DNA from: Candidatus Multivorans sp.
GTDB lineage: Bacteria > Acidobacteriota > Thermoanaerobaculia > Multivoradales > Multivoraceae
Reading direction: 5' to 3'
DNA length: 64,000 bases
NCBI GenBank assembly: GCA_965247095.1
Contig: OZ251997.1
Coordinates: 1,664,001 to 1,728,000 of the forward strand
Position 1 is the first letter of the stretch; each line of letters starts with the position of its first letter. Both the position numbers and the translations under genes were made by a program. The notes beneath the pieces were generated by a model, which saw only the letters and a program-made list of their open reading frames with translations, did no database searches and was not told the DNA's origin. Shown here one piece after another: positions 12,099 to 22,342 of the stretch.

Positions 12099-12833
12099 CT
12101 AGTCGCCTATGGCGCCCTTCGGCGTCGGAACCGGCAGCCGCGAGGTCGACAGGACCACGCGAACGAGTTCAGCCTGTCTGGAGCACCAGGTCTTGGAGAG
12201 GGCCTGCTTGACCAGTTGACGAACCGACTCGGGCTTCCGATTCGTGGCCCGCGCGATGTCGGCCACTGTCTTGCCTTCGGCCAGAGAGGCCGCGACGGCC
12301 TGCCTGCGACACCAGGTCTTGGCCAGTGCCCGCTTGACCAACCAGCGAATCGTCTGGGGAGACCGGTCCGTAGCTCCGGCAATCTCGTTCACCATTCTTC
12401 CCTCGGCCAGCGATGCCGCGACACCGCTCTCCGCGGGTGTCAGGCCCAGAGACGTGCCAACCTGTTCCGGATCCACCGGAATCCTGACCCACGGATCGAC
12501 GATCGTCACCAGAACTGCCACGATCGAGCCGCCATCCGGGGCGAGAGGGACAGAGTTGACATGAACGGTCAAGGGTCGTTGGCCCGGCCACGCACCGAGG
12601 ACGGCCGACGTACCGACCCCGGGGACAGCAGATCCATCGAGTGCGGCCTGCAGCAGACGCTCGAAGACAGCAGCGTCGTCGGGGCGATGAGTACCCAGCC
12701 GTCCATTCCGCTCGCGCAGACCGCCGTCCGCGCCAAACACTTCCCGCGCCCGAGCGTTCGATTCGACGATCACGCCACGGTGGTCGAGACAGATCAGCCC
12801 CACAAGGGTCTGATCCACCAGGGCGCCAGCCAC
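12099..12833 (-). pseudogene. PAS/LuxR-type regulator remnant with two tandem HTH segments
   Basis: GLTPAESGVAASLAEG...KTWCRRQ directly followed by AVAASLAEG...KTWCSRQAELV; N-terminus looks truncated. Confidence 0.6.
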
Positions 12834-12881
12834 CCCTCAAAGCTCGCTGGATGGGCGCCCGGATTGACCGCCGGACACCCC

Positions 12882-12911
12882 TTCTCTACCAACAGATTCT
12901 CTACCAACAGA
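12882..12911. repeat. 15-bp perfect tandem duplication
   Basis: TTCTCTACCAACAGA twice. Confidence 0.9.
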
Positions 12912-13123
12912 CATTGACCCCCCCCGGCGTGGGGCACCGTTTCACTGGAACAAAGATCCCCGGATCGCAACACCCGCTTTGAATGCTCGGCGTCTACTGG
13001 CTCCCGGTTCTCTGTGCGTGACAAGGTTAGTGAACCTGAAGCCGATCCACCGGCCCGGGAACGTCCACTAACGGACAGTTCGCGGCGACCAGCGGACACG
13101 ACGCCGTCGCGCCCTCGCCCGCC

Positions 13124-13987
13124 TCAGGAGCCGCCACCCGCACGGCGACCGCCGCCCAGCAAGGCCGCGATCACCTCGTCGACCGACACGCTATCCGGCT
13201 CGCCCTGGAACCCGCCCAGCCGGCGGTAGGCCTCAGCCGCAGCCCGGTGGAAGCCCTCGGGAAGCCCCACCGCCGCCAACGTGTCGGCGATCTCGTCCAT
13301 CTCGCCGGCAAAACGCCATGCCTTCGGGGCCGTCGCCGACGCCGACCTCACACTTCGCTTCTCCAATCCCGGCTGAGACCGGGCCCATTCCCCGAGCAGG
13401 CCGTCCTCGACGCCGTAGGCGCGCGCCGCGGCGCGAAGCGACACGAGCAGGGCCGCGCTGCCCTTGGTGAAGCCGGCGTAGCACATCTTGAGCGCCGAAG
13501 CGGCGCCGATCTCCGCCTCGAGGTCGATGGCCTCGAGCGCCGAACCGCCGAACAGAGCCGCCATCTCCGGCGCACCGTCGCCGGAGAGATAGAGCCGCGT
13601 CGTGCCGGGCCGAACTGCGGGCGGGCCGACGATGCCGCCGTCCACGAAGCGGGCGCCGCCCTGCGTGGCGGCCTCCGCGACCTCGCGGGCGGTGGCGGGA
13701 GAGACCGCATTCGCATCGAGGTAGAGACCGTCGTAGCCGGTCGCGGCGACCGCCTCGGCGAGCGCCAGGGCGCCGTGCGGCGGGCAGACCGACACCACCG
13801 CGTCGGCCGCCGCGGTCACCGCGCCGAGCGTCTCCAGGTCCTCGAAGCCGGCGCCTTCGGCCCGGGCTCGGGTGGCGCTACTTCGCCCTTCGGACGCCCA
13901 CACGACCCGCACCGGCGCCGCCACCGCGGCGCCGACGGTGGCGCCCATCGCTCCAGGATGGAGCTGGCCGACAGTGGCGATGGTCAA
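13124..13987 (-). CDS. NAD(P)-dependent oxidoreductase (6PGDH-like, DUF1932-type C-terminus)
   Basis: HPGAMG, DANAVSP, VDGGIVGPP, ASALKMCYAG, KAWRFAGEM; TTG start overlaps the upstream stop. Confidence 0.85.
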   Translation of the reverse strand: MTIATVGQLHPGAMGATVGAAVAAPVRVVWASEGRSSATRARAEGAGFEDLETLGAVTAAADAVVSVCPPHGALALAEAVAATGYDGLYLDANAVSPATAREVAEAATQGGARFVDGGIVGPPAVRPGTTRLYLSGDGAPEMAALFGGSALEAIDLEAEIGAASALKMCYAGFTKGSAALLVSLRAAARAYGVEDGLLGEWARSQPGLEKRSVRSASATAPKAWRFAGEMDEIADTLAAVGLPEGFHRAAAEAYRRLGGFQGEPDSVSVDEVIAALLGGGRRAGGGS

Positions 13988-15075
13988 GGGATCGCTTGCC
14001 GAGCTTCGGCTGGCGTCAACCCGAGTGGCGCGATCCGCGCCACCCGTGAACCAGTCCGTGCACCCGTCTCGGGCGCACGGATGGCACCGCCCGAAGTCTC
14101 CGCCGCCCTGGCGGCCGCCTCGGCATCCTCCGCGCGGGCGCCCGAGAGCAGGTTGTACATGCCGTAGTTGCCTTCGTGGCACGCGTACTCGAACATCGGC
14201 AACGGGTTTCTCGTCATCGGCACGACGGCGGTCCACGGCCGGGAAAACGACTCCAGGTCCTCGATCGTGTACTCGTAGACCAGCGGATCCTCCCCCGCCC
14301 GGGTGAACCGCTCGGTCAGACGCATGTTCGGGCCCGAACCCCGGAAGCTGGTCTGATCGGTGAAGTTCGTCGTCACGACGACCAGGGTGTCGCCCTCCCA
14401 GTGTCCCCGGGAATCGCCGCGCCACTGGCGGACATCCCCGGGTAGCGGCGCGCGCCCGTCGAGGGGCACGATGCGTGAGTCGTGGACCATTTCGACCAGC
14501 AGCACGACCGTGTGCTCGGTCTGGAAGATCTGAACGTTGTTGTTGTAGGCACTGGGGCTCATCGGCGGTCCGGCATTGAAGCCGAGGATGCAGCGCTCGG
14601 CGACGCCCCGGTCTTCCGGGCCGTGCGCCGGCCGGCGCCGCGCCGCCGTCCGCTCGGCGATCCGGCCCTTCGCAGCATCCGTCAGTTCGGGAATCCGGCC
14701 GTCCGGAGGATCGACGATCAGCGATGTCCGCCGGTCGTCCGTCAGCTTGTCGCCGTAGTCCCACCAGAACTGGTTGTAGGCGTTCGCTACGTCGGCCTGC
14801 GCGGACAGGCCATCGTCGGTGCGGCGATCCTTGTTCCGCCGCGCCAGCGTCTGCTCTTCGAAGTCGCTGGCCTCCTCCTCGCTGAGCTGCTCCCGCTCGC
14901 CAAACTCCTCGGGGCGCTCCAGCGGAGTGATCGTGCGGAAGTCCCAGACTCCTCGCAGGTCGGGTGCATCCCAGGGCGTGCGCACCAACTCCGAGGACTC
15001 CGTCTGCGCGACGAGGGGCGACGAGACCAGCAAGGCCGCCGCGAGCACACCGATCGACACTCTCTGCTTGCTCAT
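13984..15075 (-). CDS. Secreted hypothetical protein of the 'RTPWxxPDLxGxW' family
   Basis: Signal peptide; RTPWDAPDLRGVW, TSLIVDPPDGRIP, GDSRGHWEGDTLVV, EYACHEGNY. Confidence 0.85.
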   Translation of the reverse strand: MSKQRVSIGVLAAALLVSSPLVAQTESSELVRTPWDAPDLRGVWDFRTITPLERPEEFGEREQLSEEEASDFEEQTLARRNKDRRTDDGLSAQADVANAYNQFWWDYGDKLTDDRRTSLIVDPPDGRIPELTDAAKGRIAERTAARRRPAHGPEDRGVAERCILGFNAGPPMSPSAYNNNVQIFQTEHTVVLLVEMVHDSRIVPLDGRAPLPGDVRQWRGDSRGHWEGDTLVVVTTNFTDQTSFRGSGPNMRLTERFTRAGEDPLVYEYTIEDLESFSRPWTAVVPMTRNPLPMFEYACHEGNYGMYNLLSGARAEDAEAAARAAETSGGAIRAPETGARTGSRVARIAPLGLTPAEARQAIP

Positions 15076-15104
15076 GCGAGTTCCTCCCAGACGTTTCCGG
15101 CAGT

Positions 15105-16373
15105 TTAGCGGTGACCCGCGAACAGTGACCGGTCCGGCGGCCTGCAGTACCAGATCGACACAGCGCCCAGGAGGGCAAGGACGACGAGAACCCAGAGCGT
15201 GCCGGCGTAGGATCCGGTGCGGTCGGCGGCAGCGCCCGCCCATGTCGGACCCACATAGCCGAGAACTCCAATCAGCGCGATCCGCACACCAGAAGTGCCG
15301 ACGAACGCGGCTCGCCCGAAGAACTCGGCGAACACGACCGGCGTGCTGGTGTAGGCGGCGCCGTAGGCAACTCCCAGGGCGAAGACGCAGGGATAGGCGA
15401 TCAGGGCCGTGTCGGCAGAGACGAGAAAGGCCAGGCCGACCGCGTTGACGATCAGGGCGAGTGCCAGGACTCGGGTCGGCGCCATGAAGTCGCCTAGAGA
15501 ACCGGTCAGCCGACCGAACGAGCTGGCGCCTACCCGGACACCGAGAATCGCTCCAGCCGCAGTCGTGCCAAAGTCCAGATCCTCCAGGTGCAACGCACCG
15601 TGCGCCGTCATCACGCGCCATGGAATGGTATTCGTCGCAGCCGCGAAACTGGCGATCCAGAAGTGGGGAGTCCGAACCGCTCCGAGTACGGTTCCCCGCG
15701 GCGCTTTCGCCGCCCGGGCCTTCCCCTCACTCGGATCCTCAACAGCTCGGCCGTCGCGCCGCTGGCCGAGGTCGCTCGGTTGGTTGCGAATGAACAGGGC
15801 AGCGATCACGGCCACCAGCACCGAGACACCGGCGATGATCTGCCAGCCGGTACGCCAGTCCCAGTGGCGCAGGATGAGGGCGTCGACCGGCGTCACCAGG
15901 CCGCCCACGATTCCAGCACCCAGAAGGATCACGGCGGTGGCCCGGGCCCGATACGTGCGGAACCAGAACACGGGCAGCGACTGCGCCGGCAGCAGAGTCG
16001 AAAAGCCGATGCCCAGGCCACCGATCAAGGAGTAGCCGATGTAGAGCTCCGGCGCCGACTCCGCGCGGCTTACCATCCAGAAACCGGCCGCAGCGAGCAG
16101 CGCGCCGCCGGTGACCGTAGTGCGGACACCGACGCGCCGGATGGCGACTGCCGCCACCGGACTGGCCAAGGCGAAAGCCACGGTGAAGGCCCCGAACATC
16201 TGGCCGATCTGTTGTCGCGACAGGCCGAGTTCCGCGATCAGCTCGGGGGCGAAGAAGCCCCAACTGTAGTAGGCCGGGCCGATCCCCAGACCGTAGATCA
16301 GGAAGCCGACCCCGACCATGTGCCAGCCGTAGAAACTCGGCCGGAAGAGCCGCCGAATGTTCAGGGACGGCAA
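15105..16373 (-). CDS. MFS transporter
   Basis: FYGW start, about 12 hydrophobic segments, WF...RARA, FFGR; start uncertain. Confidence 0.85.
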   Translation of the reverse strand: MPSLNIRRLFRPSFYGWHMVGVGFLIYGLGIGPAYYSWGFFAPELIAELGLSRQQIGQMFGAFTVAFALASPVAAVAIRRVGVRTTVTGGALLAAAGFWMVSRAESAPELYIGYSLIGGLGIGFSTLLPAQSLPVFWFRTYRARATAVILLGAGIVGGLVTPVDALILRHWDWRTGWQIIAGVSVLVAVIAALFIRNQPSDLGQRRDGRAVEDPSEGKARAAKAPRGTVLGAVRTPHFWIASFAAATNTIPWRVMTAHGALHLEDLDFGTTAAGAILGVRVGASSFGRLTGSLGDFMAPTRVLALALIVNAVGLAFLVSADTALIAYPCVFALGVAYGAAYTSTPVVFAEFFGRAAFVGTSGVRIALIGVLGYVGPTWAGAAADRTGSYAGTLWVLVVLALLGAVSIWYCRPPDRSLFAGHR

Positions 16374-16377
16374 ACGC

Positions 16378-17460
16378 TCACCCCGGCCCCGTTCCCACCC
16401 CGCCGCGCCGCGCCGCGGGATAGAGATGGCAGGCCACCTGAGCACCGCCCACGGCTTCCAGGGTCGGCCGCACCCGGTCGCAGTTGTCCAGCACCTTCGG
16501 GCAGCGCGGATGGAAGGCGCAGCCCGGCGGCGGGTTGCGTACGCTCGGCACTTCTCCTGCGATCAGCCGGTGCGGCCTCGCCGCCTCAACCACCGGGTCG
16601 GGCGTCGGTACCGACGCCAGCAGCGCCTCGGTGTACGGGTGTCGCGGCCGCTCGAACAGCTCGTCCCGGTCGGCGACCTCGACGATCCGCCCCAGGTACA
16701 TCACGCCGATCCGATCGCTGAGATGGCGAACTACGGAGAGGTCGTGAGCGATGAACAGATACGTCAGGCCCAGTTTCGCCTGCAGGTCCATCAACAGGTT
16801 GAGCACCTGCGCCTGGATCGAGACGTCGAGGGCCGACACCGCCTCGTCGCAGATCAGAAGATCGGGTTCAAGCGCCAGGGCGCGTGCGATGCCGATCCGC
16901 TGGCGCTGGCCGCCTGAGAACTGGTGCGGGTAGCGATCGCCCATCGCCGGCAGCAGGCCGACCAGGTCGAGCAACTCCGCGACCCGCTCCCGGAAACGGC
17001 GGCGACTGCCGGCCAGGCCGTGGACCTTGAGCGGTTCGCCGACGATCTCCCGCACCCGCATGCGCGGATTGAGCGACCCGAACGGATCCTGGAACACCAT
17101 CTGCATCCGGCGACGAATCGGGCGTAGCTGACGCTGGTTGTAGGCGGAGAGATCCTCGCCGTCGAAGACGATACGCCCCGCCGTGGGCTCAAGCATGCGC
17201 AGGATCGCCATTGCCGTGGTCGACTTGCCGCAGCCGCTCTCCCCCACCAGACCGAAGGTCTCCCCCCGGTTGAGCTCGAATGAAACGCCGTCGACCGCCT
17301 TGATCGAGGCCACCCGGCGGCGCCTCAGGACTCCCTCGTTGACCGGAAAGTGGACCTTCAGATCCTCGACCCGCAGCAACGGATCGGCTCGCCCGACGCC
17401 CGCGCGAATACCGTTGCCCACCTGTTCCGGTGGCCTACGCGCCGCGGCTTCCTTCCCCAT
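16378..17460 (-). CDS. Oligopeptide/dipeptide ABC ATP-binding protein (OppF/DppF-like)
   Basis: [29 protein letters not shown]. Confidence 0.93.
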   Translation of the reverse strand: MGKEAAARRPPEQVGNGIRAGVGRADPLLRVEDLKVHFPVNEGVLRRRRVASIKAVDGVSFELNRGETFGLVGESGCGKSTTAMAILRMLEPTAGRIVFDGEDLSAYNQRQLRPIRRRMQMVFQDPFGSLNPRMRVREIVGEPLKVHGLAGSRRRFRERVAELLDLVGLLPAMGDRYPHQFSGGQRQRIGIARALALEPDLLICDEAVSALDVSIQAQVLNLLMDLQAKLGLTYLFIAHDLSVVRHLSDRIGVMYLGRIVEVADRDELFERPRHPYTEALLASVPTPDPVVEAARPHRLIAGEVPSVRNPPPGCAFHPRCPKVLDNCDRVRPTLEAVGGAQVACHLYPAARRGGVGTGPG

Positions 17461-17482
17461 CAAACCCGCAACCCAGCGCCGG

Positions 17483-18472
17483 CTACGGCGCCCCCTCGTA
17501 TCCGTAGCAGGCCCAAGCCCGCCCCTCCGCCGCGGCGGTAAGCGGCGGCGGCGCTTCAAGGCACCGCTCATGCGTATGCGGGCAGCGCGGAGCGAAGGCG
17601 CAACCCGCGGGCAACGCCGCCAGATCCGGCGGCTGACCGTCGATCGACGCCAGGCGGCCGCCGCAGTCGCCTTCGAGCCGGGGCACAGAGCGCAGCAGTC
17701 CCTGCGTGTAGGGGTGGCGCGGATCCGCGTAGAGCGCCGCGGCGGGGCCGCTTTCTATGATCCGGCCGCCATACATCACCGCCACCCGGTCGGCGTAGCG
17801 GGCCACGACACCGAGGTCGTGCGTGATCAGGATGAGCGCCGAATCCGCCTCCCGGGTGCGCTCCTTGAGCAGCTCCAGGATCTGCGCCTGGACCGTCACG
17901 TCGAGCGCGGTGGTCGGCTCGTCGGCGATCAGCAGACGCGGATGGCACGCGAGCGCCATCGCGATCATGACCCGCTGCCGCATGCCGCCCGAGAACTGGT
18001 GCGGGTAGTCGCCGAGCCGCTTCCCGGCATCGGGAATAGCGACGGACTCGAGGTGCTCCACGGCCTGCGCCAGCGCCTCGCGCCGCTTGAGCCCGCGGTG
18101 CAGGCGCAGCGGCTCGGCGACCTGGCGACCAATCGTCAGCACCGGATTGAGCGACGACATCGGCTCCTGGAAGATCATCGCGACGCGGTTGCCCCTAACC
18201 CTCCGGACACCGGCGTCGTCGAGCGCCAGCAGGTCCTGGCCCTCGAACAGGATACGGCCGTTCTCGATCCGTCCCGGCTCGGGAATCAGCCGCAGGATGG
18301 AGAGCGCGGTGACGCTCTTGCCCGACCCGCTCTCGCCGACGACCGCCAAGGTCTCCCCGGGCGCGACGTCCAGCGACAGTGAGGTCACCGCGCGCACCGG
18401 CGGCCGCCTGCCGCCGTCCCCGCCGCGGAAGGTGACAGTCAGATCCTCGATCCGGAGCAGCGGTTCGCTCAC
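17483..18472 (-). CDS. Oligopeptide/dipeptide ABC ATP-binding protein (OppD/DppD-like)
   Basis: [33 protein letters not shown]. Confidence 0.93.
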   Translation of the reverse strand: MSEPLLRIEDLTVTFRGGDGGRRPPVRAVTSLSLDVAPGETLAVVGESGSGKSVTALSILRLIPEPGRIENGRILFEGQDLLALDDAGVRRVRGNRVAMIFQEPMSSLNPVLTIGRQVAEPLRLHRGLKRREALAQAVEHLESVAIPDAGKRLGDYPHQFSGGMRQRVMIAMALACHPRLLIADEPTTALDVTVQAQILELLKERTREADSALILITHDLGVVARYADRVAVMYGGRIIESGPAAALYADPRHPYTQGLLRSVPRLEGDCGGRLASIDGQPPDLAALPAGCAFAPRCPHTHERCLEAPPPLTAAAEGRAWACYGYEGAP

Positions 18473-18516
18473 GACGGGTCAGGCGCCTCCGCCAACGTGC
18501 GGTGACGGAGTCGCCA

Positions 18517-20289
18517 TCAAAACCCCATCTCCCGCTTCATCTCCTCGTCGATCCACAGCCGCGCGTAGATCGGACCCGGACGCACGGCGCCTGCACGCAG
18601 CTCGCCGCCGTAGTTCTTCACCCACGGCCACCAGGCGGTGTAGATGTAGGGCACGGGCAGCCAGATGTAGGCCGCCTGGTCAAGCATCTCCTTCGTGATC
18701 TGCTTGATGATCCGCTGCCTCTCGGCGTCGTTCCGGGTCAGGAACATCTCATGGATGCGCCGGTCGAGTTCCGGGTCGGACCACATCGACGGGTTCCAGG
18801 TCTGGCCGGTGACGAAGTTCTTGCGCAGCGTGGTCGTCGGGTTCACGTGGCCGCTGCCCATCATGTAGCCGGGACCGTGGGTGCGGGTGGTCATCATCGA
18901 CAGGTACGCCGCGTACTCGACCACCTCGATCTCCATCGTCACCCCGATCCGGTCCAGGTAGCTCGCCAGCAGGGGCGCCAACTCCATCCGCATCGGGTTG
19001 TTGGCCGATACCTGCGCCCGGAACGTGAAGCCGTCCGGGTAGCCCGCCTCGGCGATCAGACGGCGCGCCTTCTCGGGCTTGTACTCGAACAGCTCCTGAA
19101 CCGACGGCGGCATCGCCTCGAGCGGCTCGTAGTAGCCCTCGAAGGAGGGGTGCTGCGGATAGGCGAACAGCTCGGCGTTGCCGCCGAAGAAGAGGTCGAC
19201 GATCTCGCGCTGATCGATCGCCAGATTGATCGCCCGCCGCACCCTCAGATCGTCGAACGGCGCCTGGTCTACCCGCATGACCATGAAGTTTCCGCCGGTC
19301 GACAACCACCGCGACCAGCGCAGTTCCGGCGTCGTTTTCTTCAGGTGATCGACGGCAATCCAGCGGATGGACTCCAGAATGTCGAGCTTGCCCGTGCGCA
19401 GTGCGGTCAGGTACGTCGCCTCATCCTTGATCGTGCGGTAGGTGAGCTGGTCGATGAAGGGGATCTCGTACTTCTCGCCGGCGATCGTCGTCCGGTCCCA
19501 GTAAGCCGGGTTGCGAGCGTACGTCTGGGAGTTGCCCGAGATGAACCGCGCCAGCGAAAACGGGCCGGTGCCTGTGACATTGCGCCAGTCCTTCGCGTCC
19601 ACGTCGCCCAACTCGCGCGGCACGATGCCTGAGAAGTAGCCGTAGCCGAAGCGGTAGTCCCACTCGGCGTTGAACTCGCCGAACTCGAACACCACGGTGT
19701 GGTCGTCCCGGGCCGCGACACGGTCGATGTGATCGAAGTAGGTCGGGATCGCCTTTGGGCTGTCGCGCAGGCGCTCGAAGCTGAAGACGACGTCGTGGGC
19801 GTCCAGCTCGCGCCGCGCCATGACCCCCGGCTTGTCGGCAAAGTAGACGCCGCGGCGCAACGCGATGACCAGCGTCAGCGGGTCCTCCCACTCCCAGCTC
19901 TCCGCCAGCTCGCCGCGAATCGTCTCGGGGGACAGGTAGGCCTCGGAAACGAATCGCTGGTCGCCGCCCCGGACCGCCGCCTGGGCCAGATCGCCGACGA
20001 AGAGTTGCTCGTAGAACATCCCCGTGTCGTGGTTCTGCTTCCAGTTCCAGTCCGCCGTGTCCCAAGACAGCGCCGACAAGGTGACGTAGACCGTGCCGAC
20101 GTTCAGGTCGCCGCCGTAGCGCGGCGGCTCGGCCGCGCTCAGAGCCGGCTCGAAGGACAGGTCGCTTCCCATATCGGTGCCCAGGGCGTGACGGCGATCC
20201 GGCCCGCCGAGGCACGCGCACAGAAGTACGGTAAGAGCGCAGACGACGACCAGCCAGGCCGGCCGCGAAGCTGAAGTTTGTTCGTTCAA
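18517..20289 (-). CDS. ABC substrate-binding protein, family 5 (probable lipoprotein)
   Basis: GELAESWEW, GTGPF, PFDDLRVRRAINLAID; hydrophobic leader with Cys; TTG start inferred. Confidence 0.88.
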   Translation of the reverse strand: MNEQTSASRPAWLVVVCALTVLLCACLGGPDRRHALGTDMGSDLSFEPALSAAEPPRYGGDLNVGTVYVTLSALSWDTADWNWKQNHDTGMFYEQLFVGDLAQAAVRGGDQRFVSEAYLSPETIRGELAESWEWEDPLTLVIALRRGVYFADKPGVMARRELDAHDVVFSFERLRDSPKAIPTYFDHIDRVAARDDHTVVFEFGEFNAEWDYRFGYGYFSGIVPRELGDVDAKDWRNVTGTGPFSLARFISGNSQTYARNPAYWDRTTIAGEKYEIPFIDQLTYRTIKDEATYLTALRTGKLDILESIRWIAVDHLKKTTPELRWSRWLSTGGNFMVMRVDQAPFDDLRVRRAINLAIDQREIVDLFFGGNAELFAYPQHPSFEGYYEPLEAMPPSVQELFEYKPEKARRLIAEAGYPDGFTFRAQVSANNPMRMELAPLLASYLDRIGVTMEIEVVEYAAYLSMMTTRTHGPGYMMGSGHVNPTTTLRKNFVTGQTWNPSMWSDPELDRRIHEMFLTRNDAERQRIIKQITKEMLDQAAYIWLPVPYIYTAWWPWVKNYGGELRAGAVRPGPIYARLWIDEEMKREMGF

Positions 20290-21182
20290 GTGCCCCTCAT
20301 CCGTGGATCGAGAAGGTCGCGCAACGCGTCGCCGAAGATGTTCGCCGAATAGACGACCACCGTCAGACAGACGCCCGGCGCCAGCGCCAGCCAGGGTCCC
20401 AGGTAGAGGTAGGTGCGACCGTCGCCGCTCAGCATGCCGCCCCAGGTGGGCGCCGGCGGCGGTACCCCCAGGCCCAGAAACGAGAGCGCCGCCTCCGACA
20501 GGATGACGGCGCCGACGCGGGTCGTGAACAGCACGATGACGACCGGCATCACGTTCGGCAGAATGTGCCGCCGGAGGATGTGGAAGGTGCCGGCGCCGAC
20601 CGACTGTGCGGCCTGGGTATAGACGTGCTCGCGCACCGAGGTCGTAGCACCCCGCACGATCCGCGACCCGGCGATGCCGTAGAGCAGGCCGAGGATGATC
20701 ACGATCTGCGTGATCCCCGGACCGACCACGGACACGATGACGATCAGCAGCACGAGGTCCGGGAAGGTCATCCAGGCGTCGACCAGGCGCTGCGTGAGCA
20801 GGTCGAACCAGCCGCCGAGATAGCCCGAGAGCAAGCCGATCACGATCGACACCACGGTCGCCAAGCCGGCGGCGCAGAAGCCGACGATCATGGACAGGCG
20901 CGCCCCCATCAGGACCCGCGAGAACAGGTCGCGGCCGAGGTGGTCGGTGCCGAGCAGGAACTGCCGGGACGGCGGCTCGAGGCGATGCACCAGGTCGGTC
21001 TCGTTGATGCCGTACGGGGCGAGCACGCCGGCGAAGACGCCGCTCAGCAGGAAGATCAGGAACAGCACGGCGCCGGCGGCGCCCAGCGGCTTGGTCCGGA
21101 ACAGGCGCACGGTGAACCGCCACCAGCGAGGCCGGCCTCGCTCGGGCAGGACCCCAGGGCCCGCTGCGGCGACGGTTGTCAT
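20286..21182 (-). CDS. ABC permease (OppC/DppC-like)
   Basis: LGTDHLGRD, HILPN, EAALSFLGLG, GDALRDLLDPR. Confidence 0.93.
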   Translation of the reverse strand: MTTVAAAGPGVLPERGRPRWWRFTVRLFRTKPLGAAGAVLFLIFLLSGVFAGVLAPYGINETDLVHRLEPPSRQFLLGTDHLGRDLFSRVLMGARLSMIVGFCAAGLATVVSIVIGLLSGYLGGWFDLLTQRLVDAWMTFPDLVLLIVIVSVVGPGITQIVIILGLLYGIAGSRIVRGATTSVREHVYTQAAQSVGAGTFHILRRHILPNVMPVVIVLFTTRVGAVILSEAALSFLGLGVPPPAPTWGGMLSGDGRTYLYLGPWLALAPGVCLTVVVYSANIFGDALRDLLDPRMRGT

Positions 21183-21189
21183 CCAGCGA

Positions 21190-22140
<951 letters not shown>

Positions 22141-22342
22141 GGAAGGCGTCAGAGAATACAGGCGCGCGGAACCTCATGGGGACACTGCCGTCCCCGAAAG
22201 GCGACAGCCGTCAGTACCTGCCGGCCTCAGGGCGGCGGATTCCGCGACCGCGTACGCAACCGGCGGACCGCGCCGCCCGGCCTCGACCTTGCATTCTCTA
22301 CGCCAGTGCCGGGAACCGCCCGGTTAACCTCCAAGCAGAGCC

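Noticed and set aside
13124-15271. 715-aa fusion ORF
   Set aside because: The upstream part is an alternative frame of the 13984..15075 gene; the real oxidoreductase starts near 13987.
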